A stretch of DNA of 64,000 bases, from contig OZ240241.1 in the NCBI GenBank assembly GCA_965198115.1, positions 7,264,001-7,328,000 of the forward strand, written 5' to 3'. The DNA comes from Candidatus Latescibacterota bacterium. GTDB taxonomy: Bacteria > Latescibacterota > UBA2968. Below, in pieces: positions 20,617 through 30,970 of this stretch. Within the stretch, counting starts at the first letter, position 1, and each line of letters opens with the position of its first letter. A program made the position numbers and the translations under genes. The notes beneath the pieces are model-generated. The model did not search any database. It was not told the origin of the DNA and saw only the letters and a program-made list of their open reading frames with translations.

Positions 20617-21279
20617 ATGATCAAGATTGCGCCGTCGTTTCTCTCAGCTGATTTCGGGAATCTAGAATCTGAGATCCGGAAGGTCGAGGAGGCGGGGGTC
20701 GAGTACATCCATTTGGATGTGATGGATGCGCATTTTGTGCCGAATCTCACGTTCGGACCTTTCATCGTAGAGGCGATTCGGAAGCGGACGGAGCTGGTGC
20801 TGGACGTCCATCTGATGATCACGGATCCCGAGACGTATCTTCAGCCGTTCGCGGACAGCGGGGCGGACATCTTCACGATCCACGCTGAGATCGAGGATGA
20901 TTTCGTCGTGTTGCTTCCGAAGATTCGGGCAGCCGGGATGAAGTCGGGGGTTTCGATCAAACCTGCGACGGGAGCGGATGTCCTGGTTCCGCATCTCGAC
21001 CAGATCGACCTTGCCCTCGTGATGTCTGTCGAGCCTGGGTTTGGTGGACAGTCGTTCATGCCGGAGGTCCTACCAAAGGCGACGGCCCTTCAGAAGGCGA
21101 TTATGGAGAAGGGTCTGGAGACGGAGATCGAAATTGACGGGGGAATCGGACCGCAAAATGCGGCGGATGCGGTCAAGGCAGGCGTTCGGGTCTTGGTGGC
21201 TGGGTCCTCGACATTTCGGGACGGAAAAGTTGCGGAGAATGTAGCGGCATTGAGAGCCGCTGCCGAGGCAGGTCTTTGA
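20617..21279 (+). CDS. rpe: Ribulose-phosphate 3-epimerase
   Basis: IAPSFLSADF, HLDVMD.HFVPNLTFG, MSVEPGFGGQ, IDGG. Confidence 0.95.
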   Translation: MIKIAPSFLSADFGNLESEIRKVEEAGVEYIHLDVMDAHFVPNLTFGPFIVEAIRKRTELVLDVHLMITDPETYLQPFADSGADIFTIHAEIEDDFVVLLPKIRAAGMKSGVSIKPATGADVLVPHLDQIDLALVMSVEPGFGGQSFMPEVLPKATALQKAIMEKGLETEIEIDGGIGPQNAADAVKAGVRVLVAGSSTFRDGKVAENVAALRAAAEAGL

Positions 21280-21438
21280 TGCCACTGTTAAATTAAGTCA
21301 TTGATAATTAGGAAATTGAAACAAGGTAATCAGTCCGTCGTGACCTTCAGGATGCGGCGGATTCGTCTTGCGTGGAATTAACCCTTCTTATATGTTTTAC
21401 AGTCTGTCGCAAAATGTGCTGCTACAACGGGTAAGGCT

Positions 21439-22764
21439 ATGTTCGATCAGCTGACCGACAAGCTTGAAGGCGTTTTCAAGAAGCTCCGTGGCCAGGGCAA
21501 GCTGACGGAAGCCAACATCGACGAAGCACTGCGAGAAGTACGGCGGGCGCTCCTCGAGGCCGACGTCAACTACAAGGTTGCGCGGGACTTCATTAAGCGT
21601 GTGAAGGAGCGTGCGGTCGGTCAGGATGTGCTGAAGAGCATTGCGGCAGGGCAGCAGGTCGTCAAGGTGGTTCACGACGAAATGGTCGTTCTTCTGGGGG
21701 GTCGGCAGTCTCCCCTTGATCTCACGGGATCGCCGCCGCTCGTGATCCTGATGGTCGGTCTCCAGGGTTCGGGAAAGACCACCACGGCAAGCAAGCTGGC
21801 TCTACAGTTGAAGGGCAAGGGAAGGACGCCGTTGCTGGTGGCTGCGGACGTGTATCGCCCGGCCGCAATCGATCAGCTCGAGGTGTTGGGCGAATCGATC
21901 GACGTCGGGGTCTACCGGGCGCCGGACGGAACCGATCCGGCTGATATTGCGAAGGGTGGGCTCGAGCTGGCAAAAGCCACCGGGCTCGACACGGTGATCA
22001 TCGATACGGCAGGCCGTCTGCACGTCGATGACGACCGGATGGATGAAGTCGAGCGCATTCGCGACGCGGTTGCCCCGAAGGAGATTTTGTTCGTCGCGGA
22101 CGGGGCGACGGGTCAGGATGCGGTGACGGCTGCAAGCGCCTTTTACGAACGGCTCGCCTTCACGGGTGTCGTCCTCACTCGATTGGACAGCGATACCCGC
22201 GGAGGTGCCGCGCTGTCGATCCGTGAGGTGACGGGTGTGCCGATCAAGTTCATTGGCGTGAGTGAAAAGCCCGACGGACTGGAGGCCTTCCACCCCGATC
22301 GGCTCGCGTCGCGCATTCTGGGGATGGGTGACATCGTCACCCTGGTCGAAAAGGCGCAGGATGCGGTGGACGAAACGCAGGCTCGCGAGATGCAGAAGAA
22401 GCTGCGGACGGCGTCGTTCACGTTCGACGATTTTCTCGAGCAGATGGAGCAGGTCAAGCAGATGGGACCGCTCGACCAATTGGTGGACATGATTCCGGGC
22501 GCCGGCAAGGCGCTCAAGGGAATGCAGCTCGAGGAGGACGCCTTCGTGGGCGTCGAAGCCATCATTCGCTCGATGACGCTCGAAGAACGAGGCAAGCCCC
22601 AGATCTTGAACGGCAGTCGCCGGCGACGGATCGCGAAGGGCAGTGGAACGACGGTGCAGGACGTCAACCGTTTGATCAAGCAGTTCACGATGATGCAGAA
22701 GATGATGAAACGCATGGCCCGTCCGGGTAAGGGCGGAAAGTTGGCCATGCCGATGTTCGGGTAA
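21439..22764 (+). CDS. ffh: Signal recognition particle protein
   Basis: ALLEADV, GLQGSGKTT, DTAGR, Met-rich M domain with SRRRRIA.GSG. Confidence 0.97.
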   Translation: MFDQLTDKLEGVFKKLRGQGKLTEANIDEALREVRRALLEADVNYKVARDFIKRVKERAVGQDVLKSIAAGQQVVKVVHDEMVVLLGGRQSPLDLTGSPPLVILMVGLQGSGKTTTASKLALQLKGKGRTPLLVAADVYRPAAIDQLEVLGESIDVGVYRAPDGTDPADIAKGGLELAKATGLDTVIIDTAGRLHVDDDRMDEVERIRDAVAPKEILFVADGATGQDAVTAASAFYERLAFTGVVLTRLDSDTRGGAALSIREVTGVPIKFIGVSEKPDGLEAFHPDRLASRILGMGDIVTLVEKAQDAVDETQAREMQKKLRTASFTFDDFLEQMEQVKQMGPLDQLVDMIPGAGKALKGMQLEEDAFVGVEAIIRSMTLEERGKPQILNGSRRRRIAKGSGTTVQDVNRLIKQFTMMQKMMKRMARPGKGGKLAMPMFG

Positions 22765-22916
22765 ACCAAAAGCAACACGAAGGCGCGAAGGCACGAAGGA
22801 AGGCGGGGGCAGAACTAGGAAATCTGGTCAGTTCCGTGGTCTCCTCGAACCTTCTTGCTCCCAACCTCCGTGTTCTCCGTGTCCTCAGTGGTTAGCTTTG
22901 TTTTTTGGAGGAGTTG

Positions 22917-23243
22917 ATGGTCAAGATTCGTCTAATGCGTCTCGGCAGTCGTCATAACCCGTTCTATCGGGTGGTGGTGATGGACACACGGGCTCCCCAG
23001 AAGAGCCGGTTCATTGAGAATCTGGGATATTACGACCCAACGAAGAATCCACAGCTCATCGAGCTCAAGGAAGAACGGGTCGCCCATTGGTTGGGGTGTG
23101 GTGCGCAGCCCACGGATACGGCCAGGAGCCTGTTCCGAAAGCGGGGTATCCTGCGTCGGATTCACGAAGCGCGTACAGGAACGAGCTCCGCAGAGGGCGA
23201 TGGTGATGGCGAAGGCTCGGAGGCCGAGTCGTCGGAATCCTGA
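22917..23243 (+). CDS. rpsP: 30S ribosomal protein S16
   Basis: MVKIRL.R.G..H.PFYR, GAQPTDT; synteny. Confidence 0.95.
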   Translation: MVKIRLMRLGSRHNPFYRVVVMDTRAPQKSRFIENLGYYDPTKNPQLIELKEERVAHWLGCGAQPTDTARSLFRKRGILRRIHEARTGTSSAEGDGDGEGSEAESSES

Positions 23244-23251
23244 CGGGGATC

Positions 23252-23764
23252 GTGGACGACGCGATGGTCGCTGTTGGAAAGTTGCAGAAGACACGCGGCA
23301 TAAGCGGGGAGATTTTCTGTCATCCGCTGACGGATTACGTCGAGCGGTTCGCAGAGCTCGAAACCGTCACACTCGAGCTTCCGAATGGACGGTACGTCGA
23401 AGCGAACGTCGAGTCCTCCCGTGTCTACGGAAACAAGCTCGCGATCAAGTTCGAGGGAATGAACACGCCGCAGGCCGTCGAATCCTATCGAGGCGCGCTC
23501 GTTCTGGTTCCGAAGGATGAGACGTTCGAGCTTCCGGACGACACGTTTTACGTGTTCGAACTCGTTGGGATGACGGTTGAGACGGCGAGAGGCGAGCAAG
23601 TCGGTACGATTAAGGATGTGCTGTCGATTCCTGGCAATGATGTCTATGTCGTCGACCGGGACGGAGAGGAACTTTTGCTCCCGGCTGCCCGGGATCTTCT
23701 GAAGGTGGATCGAGTCGCGAAGAAGATCACCGTAGAGAACCTTGAAGGACTACTAGGAAAGTAG
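23252..23764 (+). CDS. rimM: 16S rRNA processing protein RimM
   Basis: VGK...RGI.GE, FY..ELVG, GNDVYVV; synteny. Confidence 0.9.
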   Translation: MDDAMVAVGKLQKTRGISGEIFCHPLTDYVERFAELETVTLELPNGRYVEANVESSRVYGNKLAIKFEGMNTPQAVESYRGALVLVPKDETFELPDDTFYVFELVGMTVETARGEQVGTIKDVLSIPGNDVYVVDRDGEELLLPAARDLLKVDRVAKKITVENLEGLLGK

Positions 23765-23921
23765 GAAATCCAGCAATTAGGGAATTGGACTGCTTCCCGA
23801 CCGCACTCTTGGGCAACGGGAAGCGCATTACGCCGTCGCACTGAGCCCCTCGACTCCGCTCGGGACAGGCTCCGTCGAAGTGTCGGCCCTCGCATGACCC
23901 GCTTGATGCGTCGTCCTGTTG

Positions 23922-24614
23922 ATGCGTTTCGATATCATTACAATTTTCCCGGATCTGATTCGCGATGCGATGTCACACAGCATACCGGGACGCGCGATGG
24001 AGGCTGGTCTAGTCGAGTTCCACGCGCACGATCTTCGCGACCACACCGACGACCGACATAAAACAGTCGACGATACGCCCTACGGTGGGGGTGCGGGGAT
24101 GATCTTCAAGCCCGAGCCTATGGCGAGGGCGATCGAGGGTGTGCGGGGTGGAGACGTCGAGACGCCGTTAATTTATCTGACGGCCGATGGGGACCGATTC
24201 GATCAGGCTATGGCCAATCAGTTCTCGTTGAAACCTCGCCTGATCCTGCTGTGTGGCCATTACCGTGGTATCGACGATCGGATCCGCGCACAATATGTGA
24301 CGCACGAAGTCTCGGTCGGTGATTATGTGCTGAGCGGCGGCGAGTTCCCGGCGCTGGTGCTGATGGATGCGGTCACGAGACTGATCCCGGGTGTGATCGG
24401 TGACGCCGAGTCGGCGTTGGACGATTCATTCCAGAACGGATTGCTCGATTGTCCGTGGTACACACGTCCCCGTGAGTTTGCGGGGATGGCCGTGCCGGAT
24501 GTGCTGCTGGAGGGAGATCACAAGAAGATCGAGGCGTGGCGGCACGAGGAAGCACTTCGACGGACACGAGAGCGGCGACCGGACCTGTTGGAAGAAGAAA
24601 AGAAGGAAAAGTAG
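23922..24614 (+). CDS. trmD: tRNA (guanine-N1)-methyltransferase
   Basis: [35 protein letters not shown]. Confidence 0.96.
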   Translation: MRFDIITIFPDLIRDAMSHSIPGRAMEAGLVEFHAHDLRDHTDDRHKTVDDTPYGGGAGMIFKPEPMARAIEGVRGGDVETPLIYLTADGDRFDQAMANQFSLKPRLILLCGHYRGIDDRIRAQYVTHEVSVGDYVLSGGEFPALVLMDAVTRLIPGVIGDAESALDDSFQNGLLDCPWYTRPREFAGMAVPDVLLEGDHKKIEAWRHEEALRRTRERRPDLLEEEKKEK

Positions 24615-24660
24615 AGAAGAACCTCTATTTCCCTTTGCGTGTAAGCCAGGAGAAGAAACG

Positions 24661-25005
24661 ATGGATGCGATTCTGGAAGCTGTAGGAGCCGCTCAAAAGA
24701 AAGAGGTGCCCGACTTCGGTGCGGGTGACACCGTGCGCGTGCATCAACGCGTGATCGAAGGCGAAAAGGAACGCATCCAGATTTTCGAGGGTGTCGTGAT
24801 TCAGCGACGCGGTGTGGGAATGAGTGAGACGTTCACCGTCCGGAAGATTTCGGCGGGGGGGGTCGGCGTGGAGCGCATCTATCCCGTGAATTCTCCTCGG
24901 ATCGCGAGAATCGAATGTCCTCGCCGTGGGAAGGTCCGGCGCTCTCGGATCAGTTACCTTCGTGACCGTCGAGGACGCGCAGCCAGGATTCAGGAGCAGA
25001 GGTAG
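24661..25005 (+). CDS. rplS: 50S ribosomal protein L19
   Basis: [31 protein letters not shown]. Confidence 0.96.
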   Translation: MDAILEAVGAAQKKEVPDFGAGDTVRVHQRVIEGEKERIQIFEGVVIQRRGVGMSETFTVRKISAGGVGVERIYPVNSPRIARIECPRRGKVRRSRISYLRDRRGRAARIQEQR

Positions 25006-25092
25006 CGAGGCCGGAGGCCTCGCTGTTGGCCGTGAACCGTTATCCGTTGTCCGTGAAGACGGCCAACGTTTGGCAATGACTCTTGGTATTTT

Positions 25093-25395
25093 ATGGCGAA
25101 TCGGCGGCGAGAGAGAGCACGCAGGACGGGAAGCGGCCGGGGCCGCGAGCAATCGGGCATCGAGGTGCTGCCGCTGCCGTATGACCGGCGGAACCTGATC
25201 GTCTTTCTCGCCGGGCTGGCTGTGATTGCCGTGGGTTACTTCTGCATGGCCCAGCCACCGGTCGATGGTTTTTTGTCGCTGACCCTCGCACCAATCCTTC
25301 TCGTGATCGGCTATTGCGGCTTGATTCCCGTAGCGCTGCTGTTGAAGAAAAAGAATGAAGAGCCTGTGGAAGGAAATCCGGCCCCGGACCAGTAG
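25093..25395 (+). CDS. Small membrane protein (DUF3098-like)
   Basis: Two hydrophobic helices, LTLAPILLVIGY. Confidence 0.6.
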   Translation: MANRRRERARRTGSGRGREQSGIEVLPLPYDRRNLIVFLAGLAVIAVGYFCMAQPPVDGFLSLTLAPILLVIGYCGLIPVALLLKKKNEEPVEGNPAPDQ

Positions 25396-25459
25396 ATGGA
25401 TTCTAGATCTTCCGGCTAACGGCCAACGGTTCTCGGCTAACGGTTTCTCAAGGGCGATT

Positions 25460-26887
25460 AGCAATGTCTTTTTCGCTGTTGAAATTGGACAGCGGCATGT
25501 GATGGTTTCAGGCGGCTGCAGGGCGTCCTTCAACGTTCCCGTCGAGGGCGGCATCGTGCGTCTGAAGGGCGACCACAAGCTTGGTCATCTGGCGGTAGCC
25601 CTTGAGTCGCCGGAAGCCCCGTTCGGCTTCCAAGGCACCGGCGGCGCTCCAGCGCAGGATCATGCGGCCGCTCTTCCATCGCTTGACGCGGCCTGAGAGT
25701 TGGCGCAACTGTCCGATCAGGTTTTCGATGACGTTCGTGCTCGAAAGGGTGCGCTCCAGGGAAGATCCACCGAGGCCCAGGCGTTTGACCGTCAGCAGAT
25801 CCTCGAGCCCTTCGCGGAGCGAGGCGGCCGCACCGGGGTGCTGCTCGTCCAGGCTCCTCGCCAGATTCTTCAGCATACGCTCGGCTAGTTCAGGATCTTC
25901 GGCTTTGAACGCGTCTTTCAGGGCGCGCTTCACCGACCCCCGCTTGCCCTCCGGCAGCGCGTCCAACACGTTCCGCTTCTTATGCTCCTGGCATCGCTGG
26001 ATGAGCGCGCGTCTTCCGAGGACCGACCGCACAGCCCTGTAAAGGGCCTTGCCGCCGTCGATCACCACGAGGATAGCCCGGTCGGTGGGGAGGCCCCGCT
26101 CTACAAGGTCCTCCAGCAGGGCCGTGCAGGTGGCCTTGTTCTCCGTCGCCCCTTCCCAGAGTCCGAGCACGTGCTTCTGGCCTTGGCCGTCAATGCCCAC
26201 CCCCGCCACAATGACGTGATCGCCGGCATAGTGGACGCCGTCGAGCATCAGCACTTTCAGGCCCAGCTCGGACAGATCGCGCTCCATCAGCGTGGCCAGT
26301 TTCCTGGCTGTCCCACGGACGAACCGGCCACTTACCGCGCTCCGACTGGTTCCACGGCCCACAAGGACCTCAGGCACCTCCTCCAGAGAGCGCCGGTACT
26401 TGCGCGTCGACACCCCGACCAGCATCTGTTCGATCGCACGCGCCTCAAGCGGGTCCCTGGCCGACCACGATTCCCAGCTCGGCAGCGACACCTCTTCCCC
26501 CGAGGTCGTCCGCACCCGAGGCCGCTTCACCTTGACCAGCCGCCCACCCAGTACCAGGGAGCTGGGCACATGCCCGCCCCGGTGAGCCTGTCGCTCTTCC
26601 GTGTGCCGATAACGAGGCCCGCACACCTGCGTCCGCTCCGACTCAAGCACCTCAATGACGTGCGACAACCCGGACACCAGAACCGTGTCCTACAGACTCT
26701 CTCGAACGAACGCACCAAGCGCCTGACTCAGTCCCGACTTGACGTTTCCCTGTTGCCGACTTGCTTTCTTACTGACATTCTTACCCATGGTGGTAGCTCC
26801 TCTTTGATGTGAACTACTTCCCACCCGAATCATGGGATTCGGGCGGAGGAGCCGCCACCCAATTTCAACAATCTAGGAGACTTCGCC
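25460..26887 (-). mobile_element. IS256 family element
   Basis: Imperfect terminal IRs (core CCAATTTCAACA), 8-bp TSD GGGCGATT, mutator transposase. Confidence 0.9.
25508..26788 (-). pseudogene. IS256 transposase with in-frame TAG at codon 33
   Basis: Frame from ATG 26788 has a TAG at 26690-26692; LMLDG, VIDGGK, QRCQEHKKRN, STNVIE motifs follow. Confidence 0.8.
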
Positions 26888-26964
26888 GGGCGATTAGCTC
26901 AGCTGGTTAGAGCGCCTGCCTTACAAGCAGGAAGTCACTGGTTCGAGTCCGGTATCGCCCACCA
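26888..26964 (+). tRNA. tRNA-Val(TAC)
   Basis: GGGCGAT/ATCGCCC acceptor stem, anticodon arm CCTGC-cttacaa-GCAGG, GTTCGAGT T-loop, encoded CCA. Confidence 0.97.
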
Positions 26965-26966
26965 AA

Positions 26967-27004
26967 ACCCCCGTAGAAGCTGAGACGCTCTACGGGGTTA
27001 ATTT
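26967..27004 (+). terminator. Intrinsic terminator after tRNA
   Basis: CCCCGTAGA...TCTACGGGG stem followed by TTAATTTT. Confidence 0.7.
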
Positions 27005-27170
27005 TGCCCAATTATAAAGGTTTATCCACCTAAGCCAAGCACAGATCTCTTGCTCACGACTAACCAATTGGCTACAATAAGGTATACACATTAGCACCCA
27101 TTGATACTTCAGAAAACCCATCTATACGTGTTGTTTAGGGTTACATAGAGGGTTACAGAGGGATTTCAAG

Positions 27171-29791
27171 ATGGCTTCCGTCCATAAATTCCCCGCCAGG
27201 AACAACTGGCGAGTGTCCTATTATTTGAAGCTCAATGGTAAGTCAGTAAAGAAGGCCAAGTATGCAAAGCTCAAGGCAGAAGCCAATGCCCTCAAGACTC
27301 AAGTTGAGAGATTGGAGGCCGCAGCCCGGACGGGCCTGGCTGTAGAAGCTGACATTCAGGAGTGGATTGAGAGGGGCTGGATAAAGAAGGAAGAAGCCGG
27401 CACCGTCTTCAGAGGATATCTGGAAACTGCAAAGAGAAACTCAAGAGCCACCCTCCAGAAGACGGGCTATCAAGAAATCCTGCGAGCCTATGAGGACTAT
27501 GCAGCAGATGTGGGTAAAGGTGGAGTAGGAAGGAAGTCTTACAAGAACCACATAAGTCTTGCCGGGCAGGTATTGGAGTGGCTCGGAACCCATCATCCAA
27601 ATCTCAGGGAGCTCACCACGCATGATGTGTCAAATTATTTAGCCCAGCTCAGGAGGAACTACTCGGATTGGAGTGTTTATCACTACCACACCAAACTCAG
27701 ACTCTTGCTCGACCAGGCCATTAGACTCGGAATGCTTTCTGAGAACCCGGCACGGCAAGTTAAGATTCGCCAGCCAAGGAAGTCCAAGGAGCGTAGGGTC
27801 CTCACCGAAGAAGAAGCAAAATACATCCTAGACGCTTCCTTGAACTATCGGACGAGAATAAGTGGCAGCCTGCCCACAGTAGTCAGACTTGGGCTCTACG
27901 CGGGACTGAGGGATGAAGAAATGTGCTGGCTCAGATGGGATGCAATCGATCGGAGGGGTGGAATAATCGACATCCACAGATCCGCTTGCGAGGAAACAGG
28001 CGAGACTTGGGTGCCCAAAGATAGCGAAGCCCGTCGGTTAGATATCAAGCTGAGCTTTGTCGACTATCTTCAAGAGGAATGTAAACGGCAGGAGGATGAG
28101 GGAATGCTCGGGCCGTTCGTGATGCCTGGTGGGGATTCGAGGAGAAAGGGCTACCGGAAGAGGCCGCTTTCCCAAGCTGCACCGCAAAAGGCCTTTTCAC
28201 TGATGATCCGTGCGGAGAAAATCGATCCAGAAATTAGGCTCTATCCGGGTTTCTCAACGGTGAAACTATAGAATGACAAGGTCATAGATCGTTCCCTACG
28301 CTTGGTTGTGTGTGTAGGACAATCAAAGCGAAGGGGGTGCGACCTATGACCGGGAGCAGATTACTATCGAAACTGCTGAGATTCAAGGGGTTCCGTGTTG
28401 TCAGCTGGTGGTTTGAGGGGAGAAGCTGCTTCGTCATCGCCGTAAAGCCCCATAAGAATGGTTGTTGTTGTCCGGAGTGCGGCCGTCGAGGTAAAATCGT
28501 CCGCACAATGCCCCATCCGCGTCGGTGGCGTGACATTCCGGTGTGCGGGTGGAGGGTCTGGCTTCTCTACCATCCTCGGGAGATTCGGTGTCCTACCCAC
28601 GGTCGTGTGGTCGAGGAGATTCCGTGGGCGGAGCGGTTGCGCTACTGCCAGACCATGACGCAGAAGGCGGCGTCCGAGTTACTGCGCATCTCTGCCTCGA
28701 CGCTGTCGGATCTCCTTCACCGATCCATCACGCGGCTTCGTGAAGGTCATCGTATCCGAGGGCTCAAAACCATCGGGATCGACGAGATCTCCTACGCCAA
28801 GCGTCACAGGTACGCCACGCTCGTTTACGATCTGGACCGCTCCTGCGTGGTGTGGGTTGGCCGCGGCAGGGCGCGTAAAACGATCGATCGGTTCTTCACA
28901 GAGGCTCTCAGTCCCTACCGGAGATCCAAGATCGAGTGGGCCTGCTGCGACATGAGCGAAGCTTACATCGGAGCCATCCAGGAACACTGTCCGAATGCCA
29001 AGCTGGTCCTCGATCGCTTTCACATCGTCAAGGCTCTCAATGCCGCCGTTGACGAGGTCCGTAAGGACCAGTGGCGTAAAGCTGCCCCGGATGAGCGCAA
29101 AGCCATGAAGGGCCTCCGATGGCTCCTCTACCGGCACTCAGCGACACGCTCCAGAGGGGATACTCGGACACTCAAAGCACTGGAGAAGGCGAACTACCGA
29201 ATCTATAGAGCCTGGAGACTCAAGGACGAGTTCGAGCAGTTCTGGGAATACAAAGCGCCCTGGGCTGCCGAACGCTTCCTGAAATGCTGGACGACGTCCG
29301 CACTCAGAAGTCGACTTGAACCCCTGCGAAAGTTCGTCAGGACCCTGCGACAGCACTTCTTCGGCGTCCTCGCATTCGTGAACACGCGTCTTACCAACGC
29401 CATCGCCGAAGGCCTCAACCGAATCGTCCAAATCGTCAAGAACCGAGCCAGCGGATTCCGCACACTCGACGCATTCAACGATATGATCTTCCTTACCGTC
29501 GGAGACATAAACATCCCTGAGCAGATTCCGAAGAGGTTCCGCACACTCTAACCGCGCCCCCATGCCAGGAACCACGGCACCTTCACCCACTCATCTCGTT
29601 GAGAGATCCGGATATAGCCAGAAATTACCGTCTACTCTCTCAGACACACATACGCGACGATGGCCCTCCGCAACGGCGTAGACCCTACAACGCTCCAGAA
29701 GCGGATGGGCCACGCCAGCCTAAACACGACGATGCAGTATCTCCACTACATCGAACCCGAGCAGCATCCAATGGATAGGCTTCCGTATTGA
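27171..29791 (+). pseudogene. Tyrosine integrase interrupted by ISL3
   Basis: N part with GLYAGLRDEE; the C part after 29627 reads TVYSLRHTYAT..MGHAS..TMQY; TSD AGAAATTA. Confidence 0.9.
28237..29619 (+). mobile_element. ISL3 family element (copy 1)
   Basis: IRs GGCTCTATCCGG/GGCTATATCCGG, TSD AGAAATTA; transposase with CPECG, IGIDE, CCDMS, DRFH, EGLN. Confidence 0.93.
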
Positions 29792-29866
29792 CGCTGGCTT
29801 TTGCGGCAGCCAGTTGAGTGTTGCCGTCCCATCGACCTATAGTAATCCAAGCTGACTTAAATTCGG

Positions 29867-30127
29867 TCAGCTACACTCCTTCATCGCCTCCCATTCCAGC
29901 CGCAGCACATCCTTCAGCCGGTAACGGATTGTCTTCTTCCCCAGCCTGTAAGCCGGCAGATACAGACCCCGCGGATTCTCGCCCCTATGTAGTTCGTTGA
30001 GCTGCCTCTTTGTGATCCCAAGACGAGCCATCACCTGCTCGGGAGCCAAGAGTCTCTCGCCGTCGAGGAGGGCGTTTCCTTCCTCCTTCATGTACTCATC
30101 GAGTTTTGGTCTTGAATTTGGCATCAC
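29867..30127 (-). CDS. Excisionase/AlpA-like HTH DNA-binding protein
   Basis: LLAPEQVMARLGI..LPAYRLGKKTIRYRLKDV; adjacent to the integrase. Confidence 0.65.
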   Translation of the reverse strand: MMPNSRPKLDEYMKEEGNALLDGERLLAPEQVMARLGITKRQLNELHRGENPRGLYLPAYRLGKKTIRYRLKDVLRLEWEAMKECS

Positions 30128-30166
30128 GATTTCGGTCTGTGGATGTCGCGTTGCATGTCTTTCCGG

Positions 30167-30970
30167 TTAGCTGGGCCGTTTCAGTTGCTTGATCATCCTA
30201 AGAATGCCGCGAAGCCCCTGAGCTATCACTCCCAGGTCCGCATCGTTGAGATCCTTTGGTAGGTTGCCCAAAGTCTTCAGAAGCCTCACGTACCGCTTAT
30301 CACTCGATAACCAATCGACGACATCCAGCATCTCCTTGTCTTCTGTCATCCGGGAGACCAATCCTCTTAGCTGCTTCGTCTCTTCCTTCCTGTCTGCCGC
30401 CAAGTGGGCTGTGATGGCATCGAGCGAAATCCCTCTCTCTCTTGCTTCCGCAAAGTGTTTAGTGCCAATGCTGACGATTGTCTCGATCATCTCGGCTTTG
30501 CGAGCATCGGACCATGCTGCCTTCTGAACCTGACTGCAATATCGGCGGGTGACGCCAGCGATACGGTCAGAATAGCCACCTGACTCTTCGGGGGGCCAAT
30601 CCAGCAAATCGGCGTCCAGAGCTATCAGTAGGTTGTTCTCAGTCAGGTTTATCTTTCTCCCTTCGGGATCTGGGTAAATCCCGTCAAGCCAACGCGCCGT
30701 GACCGATCGTTTACGACTCTCCAGCAGCTCCTCGAACTCCGTCCTGAACCGTGCCGTAATCCCCTCATTGACGATGTCTTCTGGCGTAGTCTCCAGCGCG
30801 CTCGCAATCCGCTCCAAGGTTCTCCATTCAAGGTTGGTGGCGTTTTCCCATACAGAGACTTGCTTCGGTGTCACTCTTAGCCTCTTGGCCAAGGCTGCCT
30901 GCGAGGAGGCAAGACCAGACCGCTCCCTTGCCTTCCTTACTCGATCGCCGATCGTCGTTCTTTCTTTCAT
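30167..30970 (-). CDS. XRE family HTH regulator (repressor-like)
   Basis: IGDRVRKAR..SQAALAKRL.V...VSVWEN..LERIA.AL. Confidence 0.8.
   Translation of the reverse strand: MKERTTIGDRVRKARERSGLASSQAALAKRLRVTPKQVSVWENATNLEWRTLERIASALETTPEDIVNEGITARFRTEFEELLESRKRSVTARWLDGIYPDPEGRKINLTENNLLIALDADLLDWPPEESGGYSDRIAGVTRRYCSQVQKAAWSDARKAEMIETIVSIGTKHFAEARERGISLDAITAHLAADRKEETKQLRGLVSRMTEDKEMLDVVDWLSSDKRYVRLLKTLGNLPKDLNDADLGVIAQGLRGILRMIKQLKRPS

Larger units (their letters stand above)
15159..23883. repeat. Dispersed REP-like family CCYTCGACT.CGCTCRGGACAGGC
   Basis: Intergenic copies at ~15159-15184 (degenerate), 16024-16051, 17171-17203 and 23846-23875. Confidence 0.7.

Noticed and set aside
21280-21438. 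SRP RNA gene next to ffh
   Set aside because: No conserved CAGG..GGAA..AGCAG helix-8 motif seen; looks like an AT-rich promoter region
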